A stretch of 64,000 nt of DNA from Amoebidium appalachense (GCA_963693365.1 CAVNZM010000005.1:11555728-11619727); one strand, 5' to 3'; numbered from the stretch's first letter, positions 34,578-49,148 are shown. Notes: generated by a model from the sequence alone, not told the origin. Program-made: numbers and translations.

Positions 34578-34742
34578 TGGGTTGTGATTGGTGTACGTGG
34601 TTTAGTGATGTGTCATTGCATGCATTTATTATATCCGTCACATTTGCGGACGTGTGCACTGGTATGTGTGTGTGTGTGTGTGCGTGCCTGTGTGCGTGCG
34701 TGCGTGTGCATGGGTGCCTGTGTGCATGGGTGCCTGTGTGTA

Positions 34743-34824
<82 letters not shown>

Positions 34825-34835
34825 TGCGCACGCGC

Positions 34836-34909
<74 letters not shown>

Positions 34910-34982
34910 AGTGTGTGCATGGGTGCCAAAGGGTGAGAGGGAGGCGGGCAGAGGGGATATTGGTGTTTTGTCCGTTTAGGGA

Positions 34983-35031
<49 letters not shown>

Positions 35032-35032
35032 T

Positions 35033-35074
<42 letters not shown>

Positions 35075-35243
35075 GAGGGAGGGGGTCGTCCGATGTTCTT
35101 TCCAAACTGGAACATTGATTCGAAATGTCAGGGGTAAAAAGCAGGAGGGGGTGAGGGGGGGGGGGGGGGGGGGGGGAGGGGGGGGGGCACGGGCCTGATT
35201 GATGCCCAATCCTAAGGTGTTGATGGTACTCGCCTCTCTGTGG

Positions 35244-35427
35244 TGTGTCTGTGTCTCTTTGTGTATGCATGTTATGTTACGCCTTAACCTGTGTCTGTGT
35301 CTCTTTGTGTGTGCATGTTATGTTACGTCTTAACCTGTGTCTGTGTCTCTTTGTGTGTGCATGTTATGTTACGCCTTAACCTGTGTCTGTGTCCCTTTGT
35401 GTGTGCATGTTTTGTTACCTCTTAACC
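35244..35427. repeat. 46-bp minisatellite, 4 copies
   Basis: Unit TGTGTCTGTGTCTCTTTGTGTGTGCATGTTATGTTACGCCTTAACC with few substitutions. Confidence 0.9.
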
Positions 35428-35563
35428 ATTACCACGAACCGTTTCCTGCCTGGAAACGAGACATCGGCATCTCAGTAGAGGCGCCGAGCAGGCTTCAGCC
35501 AAAAATACTCCCCTCATTCCGCCCCCCTTCCCCCCCTCCCCCCCCCCCCCTCCTCCTCCTCCT

Positions 35564-35601
<38 letters not shown>

Positions 35602-37893
35602 TTTTATGAAAGCACGCAAAGGCGCGCACACTAGCACACACACACACTCGCACACACACGATGGGTGGGCGAGGGGTAAAAACGTGAACGCGTGCATGGC
35701 TGCGTGTGTGCTGGCTGTTATGAAGGGTTTATGAAAGCGCATGTACCGGTTCAGATATTATTCTGATTGCGAATGTGTTTTTGACTTCTAGATTAGTACA
35801 CCTGATGCACTGAAATGTTACTCGGGTATCGGGGTTTTTGCTCGGAAAACCTCTGGTGGTGCTTAGAAACAGAGTGCTGGTTGCTGCCATTAGGGTTGCA
35901 CAGAACAACTCCGCGCCCGTTTTTTGCTTTCTTTCTTTTTATCGTGTAAATTATTGAGAGATTGACGAATTCGATGTTTTGAAATTAAGATTGGTTATAT
36001 GTAAATTGATTCAGATGCCGGTAACCCTATTTTGACAAGACTTTTTTTGGGTGTGGATTAGATGTGAGTTATTAAGGGCGCATGCACATGGTGTACACGT
36101 CTTGTTTTTTTTTGTTTCCGGAAACAGAAGGTTAGCTAGCTAAATAAAATCGCTTCTGGATATACAAGTGCTGTTGGCCTGGTGCCGGCACCTAATCACA
36201 TTGTAGGCTATTGTGTCCGTAAATGTATGTGTGTGTGCATGTGTGCGTGTGCGTGCGTGTGCGTGCGTGTGTGCGTGTGCGCATGTACATGCCAGATACG
36301 TGTGAAATGGGACGCAAAAACCAGACCCCCCCTTGGGTCACAATAACACCTATATATGTTGCCATTTCCCTTGAGTTTCCTTATATGGTAATCATGCAAA
36401 TCATAAGGTGCAGATAGCTATAGCACCATATATAGGCAAAGCCACTGATACACTATTGACGTTAATATGGTGTTGCACTGAGTGGAAAAATGGCGTACCG
36501 CAGCGAAATTAATGCCCACATAAAGTCTAATAGTAAGAATGATCCATCTAGATCTTGCACACGTGCCCACACATGTACATACTGAAAGTCGGACATGCAC
36601 GCACACGTGCACACGTACTTACTCTAAGACATCATGTGTGTACATACACCAAAGATGAATGCACAGGCATGCAATGATGCACAAACCTACATGTACACAA
36701 AAAACGTAACCTCCCGGACCACATCCCCCCCCCCCCCAAAAAAAAAAAGAAAAGTCTCCTCCTCTCTCGTCCCCCCCCCCCCGGCCGCCCCCTCCCCTCT
36801 AAAAAAAAAAAAACTATCTCTTCCCCCCCCCCCCCCCCCCCCCCCCAACACACACACACACACACACACGGTGACCCCCCCTCCTCCCCCTCTATCCCGC
36901 CTTCCCTTTCCCTCAATAATTTATCTTAAGCCTCTCACCACCACCACGGTGACCACGCACGTATGGCCGCAAGTGCACCTGAAGCTTGGCCACTTACATT
37001 GCAATTGTAGCCCACTGCACACGTGTTTATGCATGGACACCGTGAACCGCGATTGCAAACTTCTCGGAACTTCATTTGATTTGCACTGAACTGAAACGTA
37101 CTGCAATAATACAGCGGCACGTTAGCTGGACGCTCAAATAATTTTGAGTGTGGGTGCCGTGCCCAAATGCTCACAGGCTTAGGCTACTTGCTGCAATTCT
37201 ACGCACATGCATTGAATTGATGAACACGCAAACACTGATTATGAAACATGTACATGTAGATACACCGCGTGTTTGCAAGCAAGAACACCCGGATTCCGAA
37301 TTGATTATTATCATGACACACCGGTTTGATCGAGATCCCATGGCCGCCAAAACTAATCCCCCCCCCCCCCCCCCCCAACTCCTCTCTTTCTCTTACCCCC
37401 TCCCTCCTCCTTTAGTTCTCCTCCTCTTCTGCCTTCCCCCCTCACCCTGCAGCCGCTACCTTTTTGAGGCCCCCTGGTCACCAGCCCCAGCATGTGAAAC
37501 AGCCGTCACCCGACTCCTTCGTACAACTCTACTGTAATATATATAATGCATATAATCGTGGTGTGTTGCACAGCAACACAGGTTACTCCCAGCCATGCCT
37601 TAGTCATACATGCCTGACACATAATATCAGCATCTCGAAAACCTTCACACACACACACAAAGCATATCACACACAAACACAGAGCATATCCTTATGTGTG
37701 TTATGTATGCGACGCACGTCACGGTATACTGTTCTTATGCATGTTGCCCCTGAGAAATTTAGGTTACATCGTCTCAAGTCATATTTGGCACCCAAACGTT
37801 AGATAGGAACAGACATTTCTATATCGTGACTTCAAGTTCCATGCGCTACATTTTTCAACCAAAGAAAACACAGGATCTATAAATACAAACCAA

Positions 37894-38238
37894 TCAATCG
37901 TCGTGGCTGTGTCCATGCGACCCGTGATCGTGATCGTGATCGTGATCGTGATCATGATGGTGCATGTGCGCATGCTCCGGCGGCGCCGAGTCATAATCGT
38001 CCATATCTGCAGTCATTTCATCCACCGATGGAGGTTTTGGGATTAACCCGCTGACCGTATAGAGCAAATAGATGATTGCCAGGGTGATAATAATCCCTGC
38101 AAGCATGTTCACAGCGCCCTGTTTTCTCTCCTCTGCAGCTGTGAGTGGGGCTGGGCGTTTCTTGGCTGGGGCGGGTGTGGGCACGTCGCTGGCCGGGGCC
38201 GACTCCTCCTTCTTGGCGGTTGGGCGCTTGGTTGCCAT
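37894..38238 (-). CDS. Small (114 aa) single-pass membrane protein with His/Asp-rich C-terminal tail
   Basis: ATG in AAAATGG context just after a TGTTGCAG acceptor. Basic N-terminus, hydrophobic segment MLAGIIITLAIIYLLYTVSGLI, tail HAHMHHHDHDHDHDHDHGSHGHSHDD. Non-repeat, coding-like composition. Confidence 0.75.
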   Translation of the reverse strand: MATKRPTAKKEESAPASDVPTPAPAKKRPAPLTAAEERKQGAVNMLAGIIITLAIIYLLYTVSGLIPKPPSVDEMTADMDDYDSAPPEHAHMHHHDHDHDHDHDHGSHGHSHDD

Positions 38239-38759
38239 TTTTGGTGATTCTGCAACAGACACAGGGGTTAGGTGTCGTACAAAGGGATGAAGCGTTATAC
38301 ACAGGGGTTAAGGTTTATACACAGGGACTAAAAGGGTGTGGGACATGTGCATGCGACATTAATTTGGTATACTGTATGCAACTGTCACAGACGAATACCC
38401 AGTCACGAAACGGCCTTCCTTCCTTACATTGATAGAAGTGGCAGAGTTGTGTAAGAAAACAACCGGCAGACTGACAAAATCTAGGTGAGACAGGAAGCCT
38501 ATTAAATCCAACTAGAAGATGAATCAGTATGCCGCAGAATGTAAGGAGCAACAGGAAATGTGCTGGGAGGAGAAATCAACCATCTCAGAGGGGGAACGAA
38601 AGGTGGGGCTCATAGTTGCGTGTCAGTGGGTGTGTGCGTGTGTGCACACGTGTGCATGTGTGTGTGGGTGAATCTACATGTGTGCATGTGTGTGTGTATG
38701 TGTGTGTGGGTGTGTGTGTGTGTCTGTGTGTGTGTGCCCAGGCGAGAGGGGGAGGGGGG

Positions 38760-38794
<35 letters not shown>

Positions 38795-39086
38795 GGGGGG
38801 GGGGGCATGGGTACACCGTAGGCGAATGTCAAAACCTGGCAGCAAATCACGGTGCACAACAATGCAAACATGCAGGAACAGGACTCATGCAACACGCATG
38901 CGGTGGGGTGTGTGTGTGGGGGGGGGGGGGGGGGGGGGGGGGGGAGGGGGGGTTGAGTCAACAACGTGATAGTTCTTTCAGGCACTCAAAACATTTAGAA
39001 ACACACAGGGTTTTCGAGAGAACAGCAAAAGAGGGAATAACAGCACCCAGTAGACTAAGGAGTAATTGCTGTACATGCACGGAGGG

Positions 39087-39125
<39 letters not shown>

Positions 39126-39151
39126 GAGGGACTGGGGGCTCTCGAGAGAAG

Positions 39152-39225
<74 letters not shown>

Positions 39226-39277
39226 GGTGTGTGTATTTGTGTGTGTGTGTTTTGGAGGGGAGGGGGGAGAGGGGGCT

Positions 39278-39309
<32 letters not shown>

Positions 39310-41052
39310 GCTTTTACACCAAGATAGAGTGTGGGAGGAGAGTAGTAAGTGTGGGCAGAAGGCAGGCGGGTGCATGCAAAACGAGGCAAACCGGACAAGA
39401 ATCTTCAGAATGTAAGAGCATGAATATGAATTAATCTGGTGGTGTGGGTGGGTGGGTGGGTGGGGGGGGGGGGGTAGAGATGGATGCAATGGAGGGTTGA
39501 ACTTATGGAGGAGGAGACAACAAAAGGAAACACACAAAACTTTACCAAAACACAAAACCACAAATAAAAGGGTTGAAGATGGGAGGCTTGAAGGGCAAGG
39601 ATGCATCAATACAACACGAAGTAGGGGTCCTGTGTGTGCTTCAACGTTGCGTGGGTGTGTGTCGTTGCATGCATGTGTTTGCTCTAATAAACATCCATGA
39701 CAGTATTTTGTCTTGAACCAATAGTTCAGCAGTCAAAAGCCCTTATTCACTCACAGATGAACAGATAACAAGTGGTATAGAGTTTGTTTGCCCCAAGTTA
39801 TATGTCTTTTTTTTTTAAAAAAAAAAAGAACGGTGTGTGTGTGTGTGGTGTGTGTGTGTGTCAGTACGTGTGCCTATCGTGCGTGGTGTATATGAGTGTG
39901 TGGAATGTCCTTGTGTAACGGCAGCCCTTAGTCACGTGCGTTAAAGTTATCGTGTCATGTTGTGTGCCTTTCAGGTGTGAGGATGTGAGGGCATGTTGTG
40001 ATTGTGCGTCTCAGAAGTGACAATATGCATATGCTAAGAACATGGGGCGTAAGCACTGCCTTGTTATGTTTGTATCCATGTGCTTGTGCCTTTGTCTCTA
40101 CTTGTTTATGTGCCTGTGCCTGTGCCTGTGTGAGAGTGTCCTGTGCTTGTGCCTGTGTTTGTGTTCATGCGTGCCTGTGAATATTCCAGTGCAATGCCTG
40201 GAGTGTGCCTGTATTAGTGCTCCCTGTGTGAGGATTTTGCATGTCCTATGCCTTTGTAACATATGTGTGTTCCTTCGCTTCTGTGCTTGCAAGTATGCAT
40301 GTCTGTTCGTCTGTGTCTGTGCCTGCGCATGCCTGTGTGTGTATTAGTGCATCCACGTACACACCACATACCTTAGTATGCAAAAGACTAGCCTTTATAG
40401 TGATGTTTGCTCCCCCTTTCAAGTTTCCAATCGTGCCCACACTCGGTCTGAGAAGACTTCAACCGTTCAAGCACCGGGAAAATTCCTGGGCGTAACCACG
40501 TCCCCCCAGATCACATACCTTTCATATATGGTAACTGTCACGTGAACATATTCCCGCCAAAACTCCGTTCGTTTTGTGATATCACAAAAGCGTGTGACCT
40601 CGCAAAAAGGCAAAAGCGGCGGGGTGTGTGTGAAGGTGTGCCCGGGGGGAAACGGAGCTCGAGGAAAGGAAGTACAAGTTAGGCAAGTAAAGGCGAAGGG
40701 TTTTGGCAGGTGGGGTTGATACGGAGGCATAAACGTTGGATGACGACAAACATTATCAAGTTTAATTTGCCCTGGAATGGTGCACTCATCATTGACCCGG
40801 TTACAGAACTCAAAAGATGAACACGACCGACACTAAGTTAGGCCCTCAGTCTAGTCTAAATGTAAGCGTGGTAGATTTAAAGTTTTTTAGTCTTATTGCA
40901 GCTTATTAATGTTAATTATCAAGTGCTGCGCGTAAATTATAATTCATGAAACCACCTCTCTTCTAGATGTACACCATAGATCTTTGTTAAACTTCAAGCG
41001 AGTGGCATCCCTCTTGTGCACCCTGTTTACATCCACCGAAAGACAGCGGGAA

Positions 41053-42999
41053 ATGGCGGAGCAAAATGGTGGGGAGAGAAAGGGCGGAGCACGCGTAAAA
41101 CACAAGAATCCCCGAAGTAAGAACTACCTTTTGTCACTTGGTAAGTTGATGCATCTTGCATTTTGTTATACTCACTCAGACACGCATGGTCAACCACACC
41201 TTCCCATGAACCTACGGACGGGGAAGGCCATGCACACGCTACCAGCACGTACATGTGAAACACAACGTCTGTCGTGAAACGCAAGAAAAGATACAAGCAC
41301 TGACATCCACTACATCAAGATGCTGCCACAGGGCAATGTGCGTCTGTGGCATGAGCCTCTGGAGACACAAGCACACCCACAAACACAGACTGACACAGAA
41401 ACCACACACGCACTGACACACACACACACACGCACACAACCCCGCCGTCTCCCCCGCCCCCCTCCCCCACACCTCCCCCTTCCCCCCTCCCTCCCTCCCC
41501 CCCCCCCCCCCCCCCCTCCCCCACCCCCCCCTTCCCCCCCTCCCCCCCCCCCCCCCCCCCCCCCAACACACACACACAAAGCACCTCTTTCCGACGAGCA
41601 ACGAGCAGCAAATTTTGCCTCCGCCATTGCCCAGGTCACAGACGCCGTTGAAGTGCGATGTGAGCCAAACAGGGGGGTGTACATTGTGGCAAAGAGGCCC
41701 CTGCCAGAGAACTATCGGGTGTTGGCATGTCGGCCCCTTGCCCTCTCACCGGACGTGGATGAAGCCAAGCACATATGTGACTGTTGCTTTGTGCACAGTG
41801 AGAGTTCCTTGCTTGTCAGTTGGTGGGTCTAACCCCCCCCCCCCCCCCCCCACCAATTCCCCCTAAAAAAGAAGAACAGAAAGCGCGGGGGGAGGGGGGG
41901 GGGGGGGGGGAGGGGGGGACAGTATAGAGAATTTGGGGAGGAACGTATCATTCCCCCCCCTCGTCCCGCCCTGCCCATTGCCTGACCTCCTCACTCCTCT
42001 CCTTCCCCCCCCCCCCCCCCCCCAACCTCTCCCCTTGCCCATACTGTTAGAGGGGGGAGATCGTGAGGAAAGGGGGTGGATGGAGGACTTGTTTTTGGTC
42101 TGTGGGAATGGGGAGGAGGGGCGGAGAAATCGGCTGGAGGGGGGGGGGAGGGGATCGAATGCTGCATGACCAACTAAGGAAGGTTCGCTGTGTGTTGTAT
42201 GATAATGTGTGGTTGAAGCTGGCACAGGTCGTGACGTTTTATTCAGCGTGCAGAAACCCCCCAATGCCTGTTTTTCTCGGTTCTCGTGCATATCTGATGT
42301 GCCGTGCCATTTTCCTGAACCAAAGTGGCTGTGTGTTTCCTTTTTTGGTAAGGCTACTAGCCTACCTCATTATCTCCGCATGTTGTGTGTTTCCAAACTT
42401 GATAATGTAACCTCTTTACCTCCATGCACTCTTGCTAACATGCACCCCCACCCCCTCCTTCTCCCGCTCTCCCCCCTCCCTCCCCTCCCTCCCTCTCTCT
42501 CTCTCATTCCCCCCCCCCCCCCTCCCCCCCCCCCCCTTCCCCCCCCCCCCCCCCCCCCCATTTCATCCAGCAAGGGCTGCCTCTCCGTCTTTTGGTGCAG
42601 CAACACATGCGAAACCATTGGTACAAGTACCCAACACAGCCCAATCGAATGCCGTGCATTCAACCACATACGCACAAAGAAAAACGCCTCCAAGGATGTC
42701 AAGATGAGAGCAAGACAGGTGCTTCGATTTCTCGCAATGGGGTTGTGTGAAAGGAATACCCAGACAGTTGTTGGTGAAACAAGAAGTGCGGAGGATTTGG
42801 CGGGTAGTGTTTCTGCCATGCAACTACAGGTTGGAGCCCTCTTCCCCGTTTGGGCCATTTACACAACATCAGGATAGATGTTTCCTGCTGCCGTACCTTT
42901 CTCTGCTCTCGTTAGGCTTCCACGGCATGTGTATTTTTGTGGGCCAAGGGACCGGGGTGGGGTAGGGCACTTTCGTTCAGTCTCTTCTTTTTTTTTTTT

Positions 43000-43066
<67 letters not shown>

Positions 43067-44778
43067 TCCGTGTGTTTGAGTATTGCCCCCTATCCCCCAT
43101 CTTCTCCCTTCCTCTCCTCCCCCCCTCCCCCCCCTCCCCCCTCCCTCGATCTCTTGGTGCATTCCGCCTCTCCACGCACCACCAGCATACTCTGCTCTGG
43201 CTCACACGGATCTCTGTATATGTGGAAGTATGCATGTATGAGGGGCAAGCGATGAGGCATTTGTACTTGCGTGTATGTGTGGTTCCGAAACTCTCTTGGG
43301 CGACGGGATACCCAGGGATTTGGGGTAGTTGGTGGTTTAAAGTTGCATTTCCAATAAGCCTCCAGCCCCAGGCCCCCTCCCCCCCCCCCCCCTCCCCCCT
43401 CCCCCCATATTGTTTTTCTGCCTCCTTCCCTGTTATGTGTTTGTGTTTGTTTTTTATGAATCGTTGGCGAGGTTGTTGGGTAGGTGAATGAGGTGAGCTG
43501 GATCTCCGTGCCGAGAGGAGGGGGGGGAGGGGGGAGGGGGAGGGATAGGGGGAGGGTCCACAGTTTCGACATACTTGAGATAAAAACTCACTGATCATGT
43601 GCTATTGTTCCCTTCAGGATAAGCACCCCACCACACCAACTAAGGATACGCATCATACCACACCACGTCCCCCCACTGTTACCTACACCGACACACCCCT
43701 CCAACCCCACAACACTACCCCCATCAGCATGGGGCCGGGGTGTTTTAGTGACGTGGCGCTTCTGTGTAATAACCGGTCGTCATTTGGTGCTCCTTTAATG
43801 GAGGTCTTAAAGGTGGCAGCTGATTTGGCTGTCGAGGCACTACCGGGCAGCTGTGGGCCGGATATGGTTTTGGACTTGCTGGCAGCTATCAACTGTAACC
43901 AGGTGGGTGTTTCCGTCTTCCCTCCCAGTCACACACAGAAAGACATAAGCACGGACAGAAGAACACACACACACACAATTATGTCTGTGTGTAAGCACGT
44001 GCTGTTTGCATATCCACTCTTGCACGGCACCTTTTGCCTCTCTCTGTGTCTGTCACCTGTGTGCAATGGGCTGGACAAACCCTAGCATAACCCCCCCCCC
44101 CCCCCCCCCCCCCCCCCTTCCTCACTCCCTCTCTTCCCCCCCCCCCCCCTTCCCTTCCTCTCATCCCGCCCTCCCCCCCCCCCCCCCCCCTCTCCCCGTC
44201 CCCCTCCCCCCCCCCTTCCTCACTCCCCTCTCTTCCCCCCCCCCCCCTCCCCAGCCCACCAGCCCGCCCGCCCACCTGGCCCTGTCTCCACACATGTTGG
44301 TTAGGAAGAAGCTGGCTACTTTAATGCCCGCTGTGTGTCCTATGTGAAGTGTGTGCTTGCTCCTGTACACGATATAGCTGTTACGGCTATATCGTGTACA
44401 GATGCAAGCACACACCTCAGATTTGAGCAGACACCCACCCTCACATCTCTTATATTGCTGTTTACCCACCCACGCACTTACATAAGACACCCTTCACAGT
44501 TTGGCATCTACAATGCAGAGGGTCTCTACGTAGCCAAAGCAGTCTATTTGCACCTTTCAGGTTTCAACCACAGCTGCCAGCCCACACTCTACACGCAGCA
44601 GGAATTGCCTAATATGGCAGTGTGCACACGGCGACCAATAGAAAAGGGCGAAGAGTTGACCATCAGTTATGTGGATGTATCGGAGTCCATCGAGCCAGAG
44701 GAGAGGAGGGGGCTGTTGAAATTGCACTATCACTTTGATTGCAGATGCCCTGTGTGTGCCTCACAGATGACTGGGTAG
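41053..44778 (+). CDS. SMYD-family (SET + MYND) lysine methyltransferase
   Basis: Exons 41053-41140, 41582-41822, 42571-42829, 43618-43902, 44500-44778 (first exon tentative). N-SET NRGVYIVAKRPL, MYND CDCCF...CKGC..FWCSNTC...HSPIEC, SET core FNHSCQP...IEKGEELTISY, post-SET YHFDCRCPVC. Confidence 0.9.
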
Positions 44779-44834
44779 CCAAAAGATTCAACGTGCCCGG
44801 TATTTTATTTTTGTAATGAAAAAAACCTTCTTAA

Positions 44835-45078
44835 CCTCTTCGGGCCGGCACTGACTGATTTGGCCGGCAGTCGGCCAGCTCTAAACATATCTAAACAACT
44901 CTATTGCGGCTCCAAATCGATAGAAAAAGCTCAAATAAATTGTAAATATTGACACATTATTTACCTACATACGTTCCTAAGTTGGTTTGGGGAAAATATC
45001 ACTATTTCGTATACTTTTTGTATCTGTTACTGTGTTTCTGAAGTGACTATTTAGGGAAATTAGCTGGCCTGAACAGGT
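44835..45078. mobile_element. Degenerate piggyBac-like MITE
   Basis: TTAA at 44831-44834 and 45079-45082. Imperfect TIRs CCTCTTCGGGCCGGC / GCTGGCCTGAACAGG. AT-rich interior. Confidence 0.5.
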
Positions 45079-46191
45079 TTAACTTAACAGTATCTATAGT
45101 AGTAGGTTTTTCCTAAAAATGGAAAAGTGAGAACAAATTCTTTGGTTTAACTTAAATGTAAAGTACGCTGTAATGGTAAGGTGTGTGTAGTTGGTGAGGT
45201 GCAGTGTTGGTAAAGGGGTGAGGTGTCTCGTCTTTACATGAAAACATGATGGTCGTAAAATAATAATAATGATGATGTCACAGGCTGGTGTAACCTATAG
45301 CATAATCGATTCTAATTGACTTTCATAAGCTGCAACGTGTACGAGATGTATGAATGAACAGTGCAGGCACTGTGGTGCAAATTAATATGATATTGGCCCG
45401 ATCAGCAAGGTGTACTAGCCCAAGCAATAGAAATCAAATTAGAGACCGTGTAAACCAAACCTTAATCCATAAAGTTTTATTTCCTTTTCCCTATGCCCGG
45501 ATGCAGTTGCTTGCACACGCGTAGTCTTTTTTCTATTGATAGAACTCTCTGTTAACGTTAAAAGCATAATATGTTCTTCTGTTCACCTTCGACCGTTCAG
45601 TCATGATCAAGTTGTTTCTGCCCAATGTGCACGTGCTCGTTAGATGTTCGAATTAGGAAGTCACAACCCCCCTCCCCCCTCCCCCCTCCCCCCGGCCTCT
45701 TCCCCCCGCCCCCATCCAGCATTGTGTGCACGTGTCAAAACAGAGCAACGGTGGTTTTCGATGTTACATTTGTAGGGGTTTACTGTACGTGACATGTGCA
45801 TGGCATGCATCTATATATATGTGCGCACGTGTGCGGAGATATATGTGCGTAATCGATTGCAAGGATGACCGTGTACATGTTTGCCCCTCCCCTTCCCCCC
45901 GCCTCCCAGCCCCCTTCCCCTCCCTCGGGGTGCCTCCTTACGTGCACCATGGCCACCATCCACCCACCCATTTTCTGTTGTTTTTATGCGGTAACAGTTT
46001 TTTGCATGACCACCAGATCAATCACTGCAGTGCAAATCTAAATCAGCCCGAATGGATGCAACCAATCCAAAGTTTGACGTCAGTGTTTGTCCTTAACTGA
46101 TCAAATGATTCAATGTGGTGACTTGTGGTGATGCAGTAGGCCTAGGCGCGGTGTGTGGCATGTGCGTGTGTGTGGCACTGTGCGCGTCATG

Positions 46192-46239
<48 letters not shown>

Positions 46240-46454
46240 CATACGTTTGTATGCATGTCACCGTGCGTGGGTGTCTATATTAGAGGTGTGTGGATCTGTG
46301 GAAATGTACATATGCATGGGCGCCATAGTGCATCGGTGGATCCACACCTGTGTCCCAGAACCCCCCCTCCCCCCCCCCCTCCCTCCCCCCCCACAAAAAA
46401 AAGAAAAAAAAAGAAAAAGAAACTTTTGAAAAGAAGAAACACACACACTACACA

Positions 46455-46492
<38 letters not shown>

Positions 46493-47068
46493 CTCTCTCC
46501 CCCCCCTCCCCAATTCTCTCTGTCTCTCAATAACATCTCACTAATCAATTTCTCACTCAAATTGAATGTGTCTGGCGGTACCTCGATCGTGTGTGTGTGG
46601 TGGTGGTTGTCCCGGTGCCCCGGCGGTTGACGAGCGAGAGAGGAGCTGAAGATTTGGGTTCGGGGGGAATCGGGGGAGGAGGAGGAGGAGGGGGGGAGGG
46701 GGAGATGGGGAGGGGAAGGGGTGGAGGGATGGACTTAACAGTTTTTGAATTCGATAATGAACATAATGGGCAATTTTCGCAAATTAATTTTCGCAAATTT
46801 GAAGGCTTTCCACAGTCCTTCATCAACTTACGCAACACCTTTTCTCTATTCAACGAATTGGTTGGATGCAAAGGTCACCCACCATACAAGTGTTCCCTGC
46901 ACGCACCCCCTAGACCTCCAGGGTCTAGGTTAGAATAACGATTTTGTTACAGTACACAGACAAAGGATGCTGTTTGGCCAGAGGTATGATTACATCTGTA
47001 CATCAAGAAGAAGGGTCCTTTCAGGGTGTCCTGTGCACATCAGCATTTGCTGCCATCTGAATCTAATC

Positions 47069-47422
47069 GATTTGATTGGTTGCTGTTACCAACACCGAAC
47101 CGTTATTCACACTATGCCACCAGGGCTGCCTGCCGCATGCCCATGCTCAATCTACATCTACCTAATCTGATTGGTTATGTTACCAACACCGATCCGTTTA
47201 CATGTCACCACCAGGGCAGGTCATCTGCTCAATCTACCATCTACATGATTTGATTGGTTCCTGTACAGAAAAAAAAAAAACACAAGCAGAATTGACGTCT
47301 ACTATGGCATTCCACGCAACACTTTGTGCCCCGAAAGTGCTCGGCTAAGCATCTGACGTCATTCACCGGTTCCTATTGGTTGGTGCACCTAAGCTGACGT
47401 CATTCCCCACTTCCTATTGGTT
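47069..47422. repeat. Diverged tandem repeats at and beyond the 3' end of the spherulin-4 gene
   Basis: About 90-bp units starting TGATTGGTT..TGTTACCAACACCGA (about 2.3 copies, 47069-47265) and two copies of CTGACGTCATTC.....TTCCTATTGGTTG (47352, 47394). The second copy overlaps the stop codon. Confidence 0.7.
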
Positions 47423-48305
47423 GATATATTGCAAGAACATGTCCCAGTAGGAGGACAGGGATGCCCACGGGTTGCTGACCAGTGACCTGTCTGTCATGTA
47501 GACGTATTTGATGTTGAACTTCATCGCTAGGTCAACTACTATTTGCGCCGCTGCAAGCGTAGGTGTGCTGCGGAAAATTGCGTGTGAGGTTAGGTTTTAG
47601 GTGCAGCATTGCTGAAAAAAGAAATGAACATTCGGACTGAAAATCCAACAAATTATTTGCTAACGAAACTGTACCAAGTGCGCCTGTGGATGTCACTCGC
47701 CGCATTTGGAATGGATTTCGGGCTTCCAAGCGAATGCGAAGGGTTGAAGGCCTTAAGGTGAGATAGCGGGGGAGGAGGGGCTGACAGACTTTGCTACTGG
47801 TTGCTTGCGTGACGTGCCTCTCCACAAAGAGAGTGAATTTAACTTTCAAATCTTGTGCAAGAGGTGGAAAAAAGAAAGGGAAAAGGCATAGCTACTGGTT
47901 GCTTGCGTGACGTGCCTCTCCACAAAGAGAGTGAAAAATGAACAAAGAAGTGAGAGCGGTAGCAAAATAAAACACCAAACATGCGACAATACCAAGGGGC
48001 GCCAAACGATGACCTGTGTGCGTGCGCGCGTGCGTGCGATTGTTGTGTGTGCGCGTATCTGCCCTCCCGGGGGGGGGGGGGGGGGGGGGGGGGGGGATAT
48101 GTACCCAATAACCATGGCAGCTGACTTTATAGTGCCTGCCTTGGTCAGACTGATGTACGTGTCGCTGCCATCCCACACGGGCACTATCGGGCAGAAGGGG
48201 CCTGGGCCAAATGTGCCCTGGCTGGCTGTCCACAGGTAGGGGGTGCAGTTGCCATCTGCAAAGGGTAGTGGTGAGGTGATTGGAGAAATGATTGGAGAAA
48301 AGAAA

Positions 48306-48339
<34 letters not shown>

Positions 48340-48370
48340 GGGGGGGGTGTGTGCGAGTTTGCATGCGCTC

Positions 48371-48418
<48 letters not shown>

Positions 48419-48683
48419 GGGGGGAGGGGGGGGGGGGGGGGGAGGGGGGATCTGGGTTTTTGTGGGTTATATCCTCCTGTACTTGACATCCGTTCAAAAT
48501 GTGTGAGGGAAATTATCCGGAAAGAGGGAGGGACTCGGGGATGTGCGCAGGGAGGAGGGGGAGGGGGGGTAACGGAGCGCATAATCTAATTTTTTGTGGG
48601 TTCTATCCCCCTGTGCTTGTCATTCATTCCCTTTGCGTGTGAACCGTTTATTCGTGTTCTTAGATTTCTTGTTTTATTCTCAG

Positions 48684-48717
<34 letters not shown>

Positions 48718-48763
48718 ACACACAAACACACATTACCGACTGTTTGTATGTGTGTGTATGTTT

Positions 48764-48794
<31 letters not shown>

Positions 48795-49111
48795 GGGGTT
48801 GTAGACTTACTTGGAGGATTGTAATAGTCCTGTTCACGCTCATATGCCACGGAGATGTCTGCGGGTTTGGGGAGATTTGGCTGGGGGGTAAGTAGCTTTT
48901 CGCTGGTTGGGCCCCCTGGATTGAGCACGATGATGGCATCTGAGCTCTTGGTGCGTATGTAGTTGATGATCTGGCGCGGGGGGGGGAGGGGGGAGGGGGG
49001 GGGGGGGGTTGAATGCGTCAAAAAGTACGAAGTACACAAGAACAAACGGATAACACGATGCAGAATGCAAGCCATACATAAAGAGTATGCATAATAAGCA
49101 GAGCCCATTCT

Positions 49112-49148
<37 letters not shown>

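Noticed and set aside
35244-35427. CRISPR-like array
   Set aside because: Head-to-tail units with no unique spacers, in a eukaryotic context: a minisatellite.
41275-41277. In-frame TGA between two ORFs at the SMYD 5' end (readthrough or selenocysteine)
   Set aside because: Splicing 41140 to 41582 is in phase and removes it.
47510-47530. Helitron-like hairpin + CTAG end
   Set aside because: It lies within the last coding exon of the spherulin-4 gene on the minus strand.
47793-47935. 45-bp direct repeat as LTR/TSD
   Set aside because: Short local intronic duplication with no element features between the copies.
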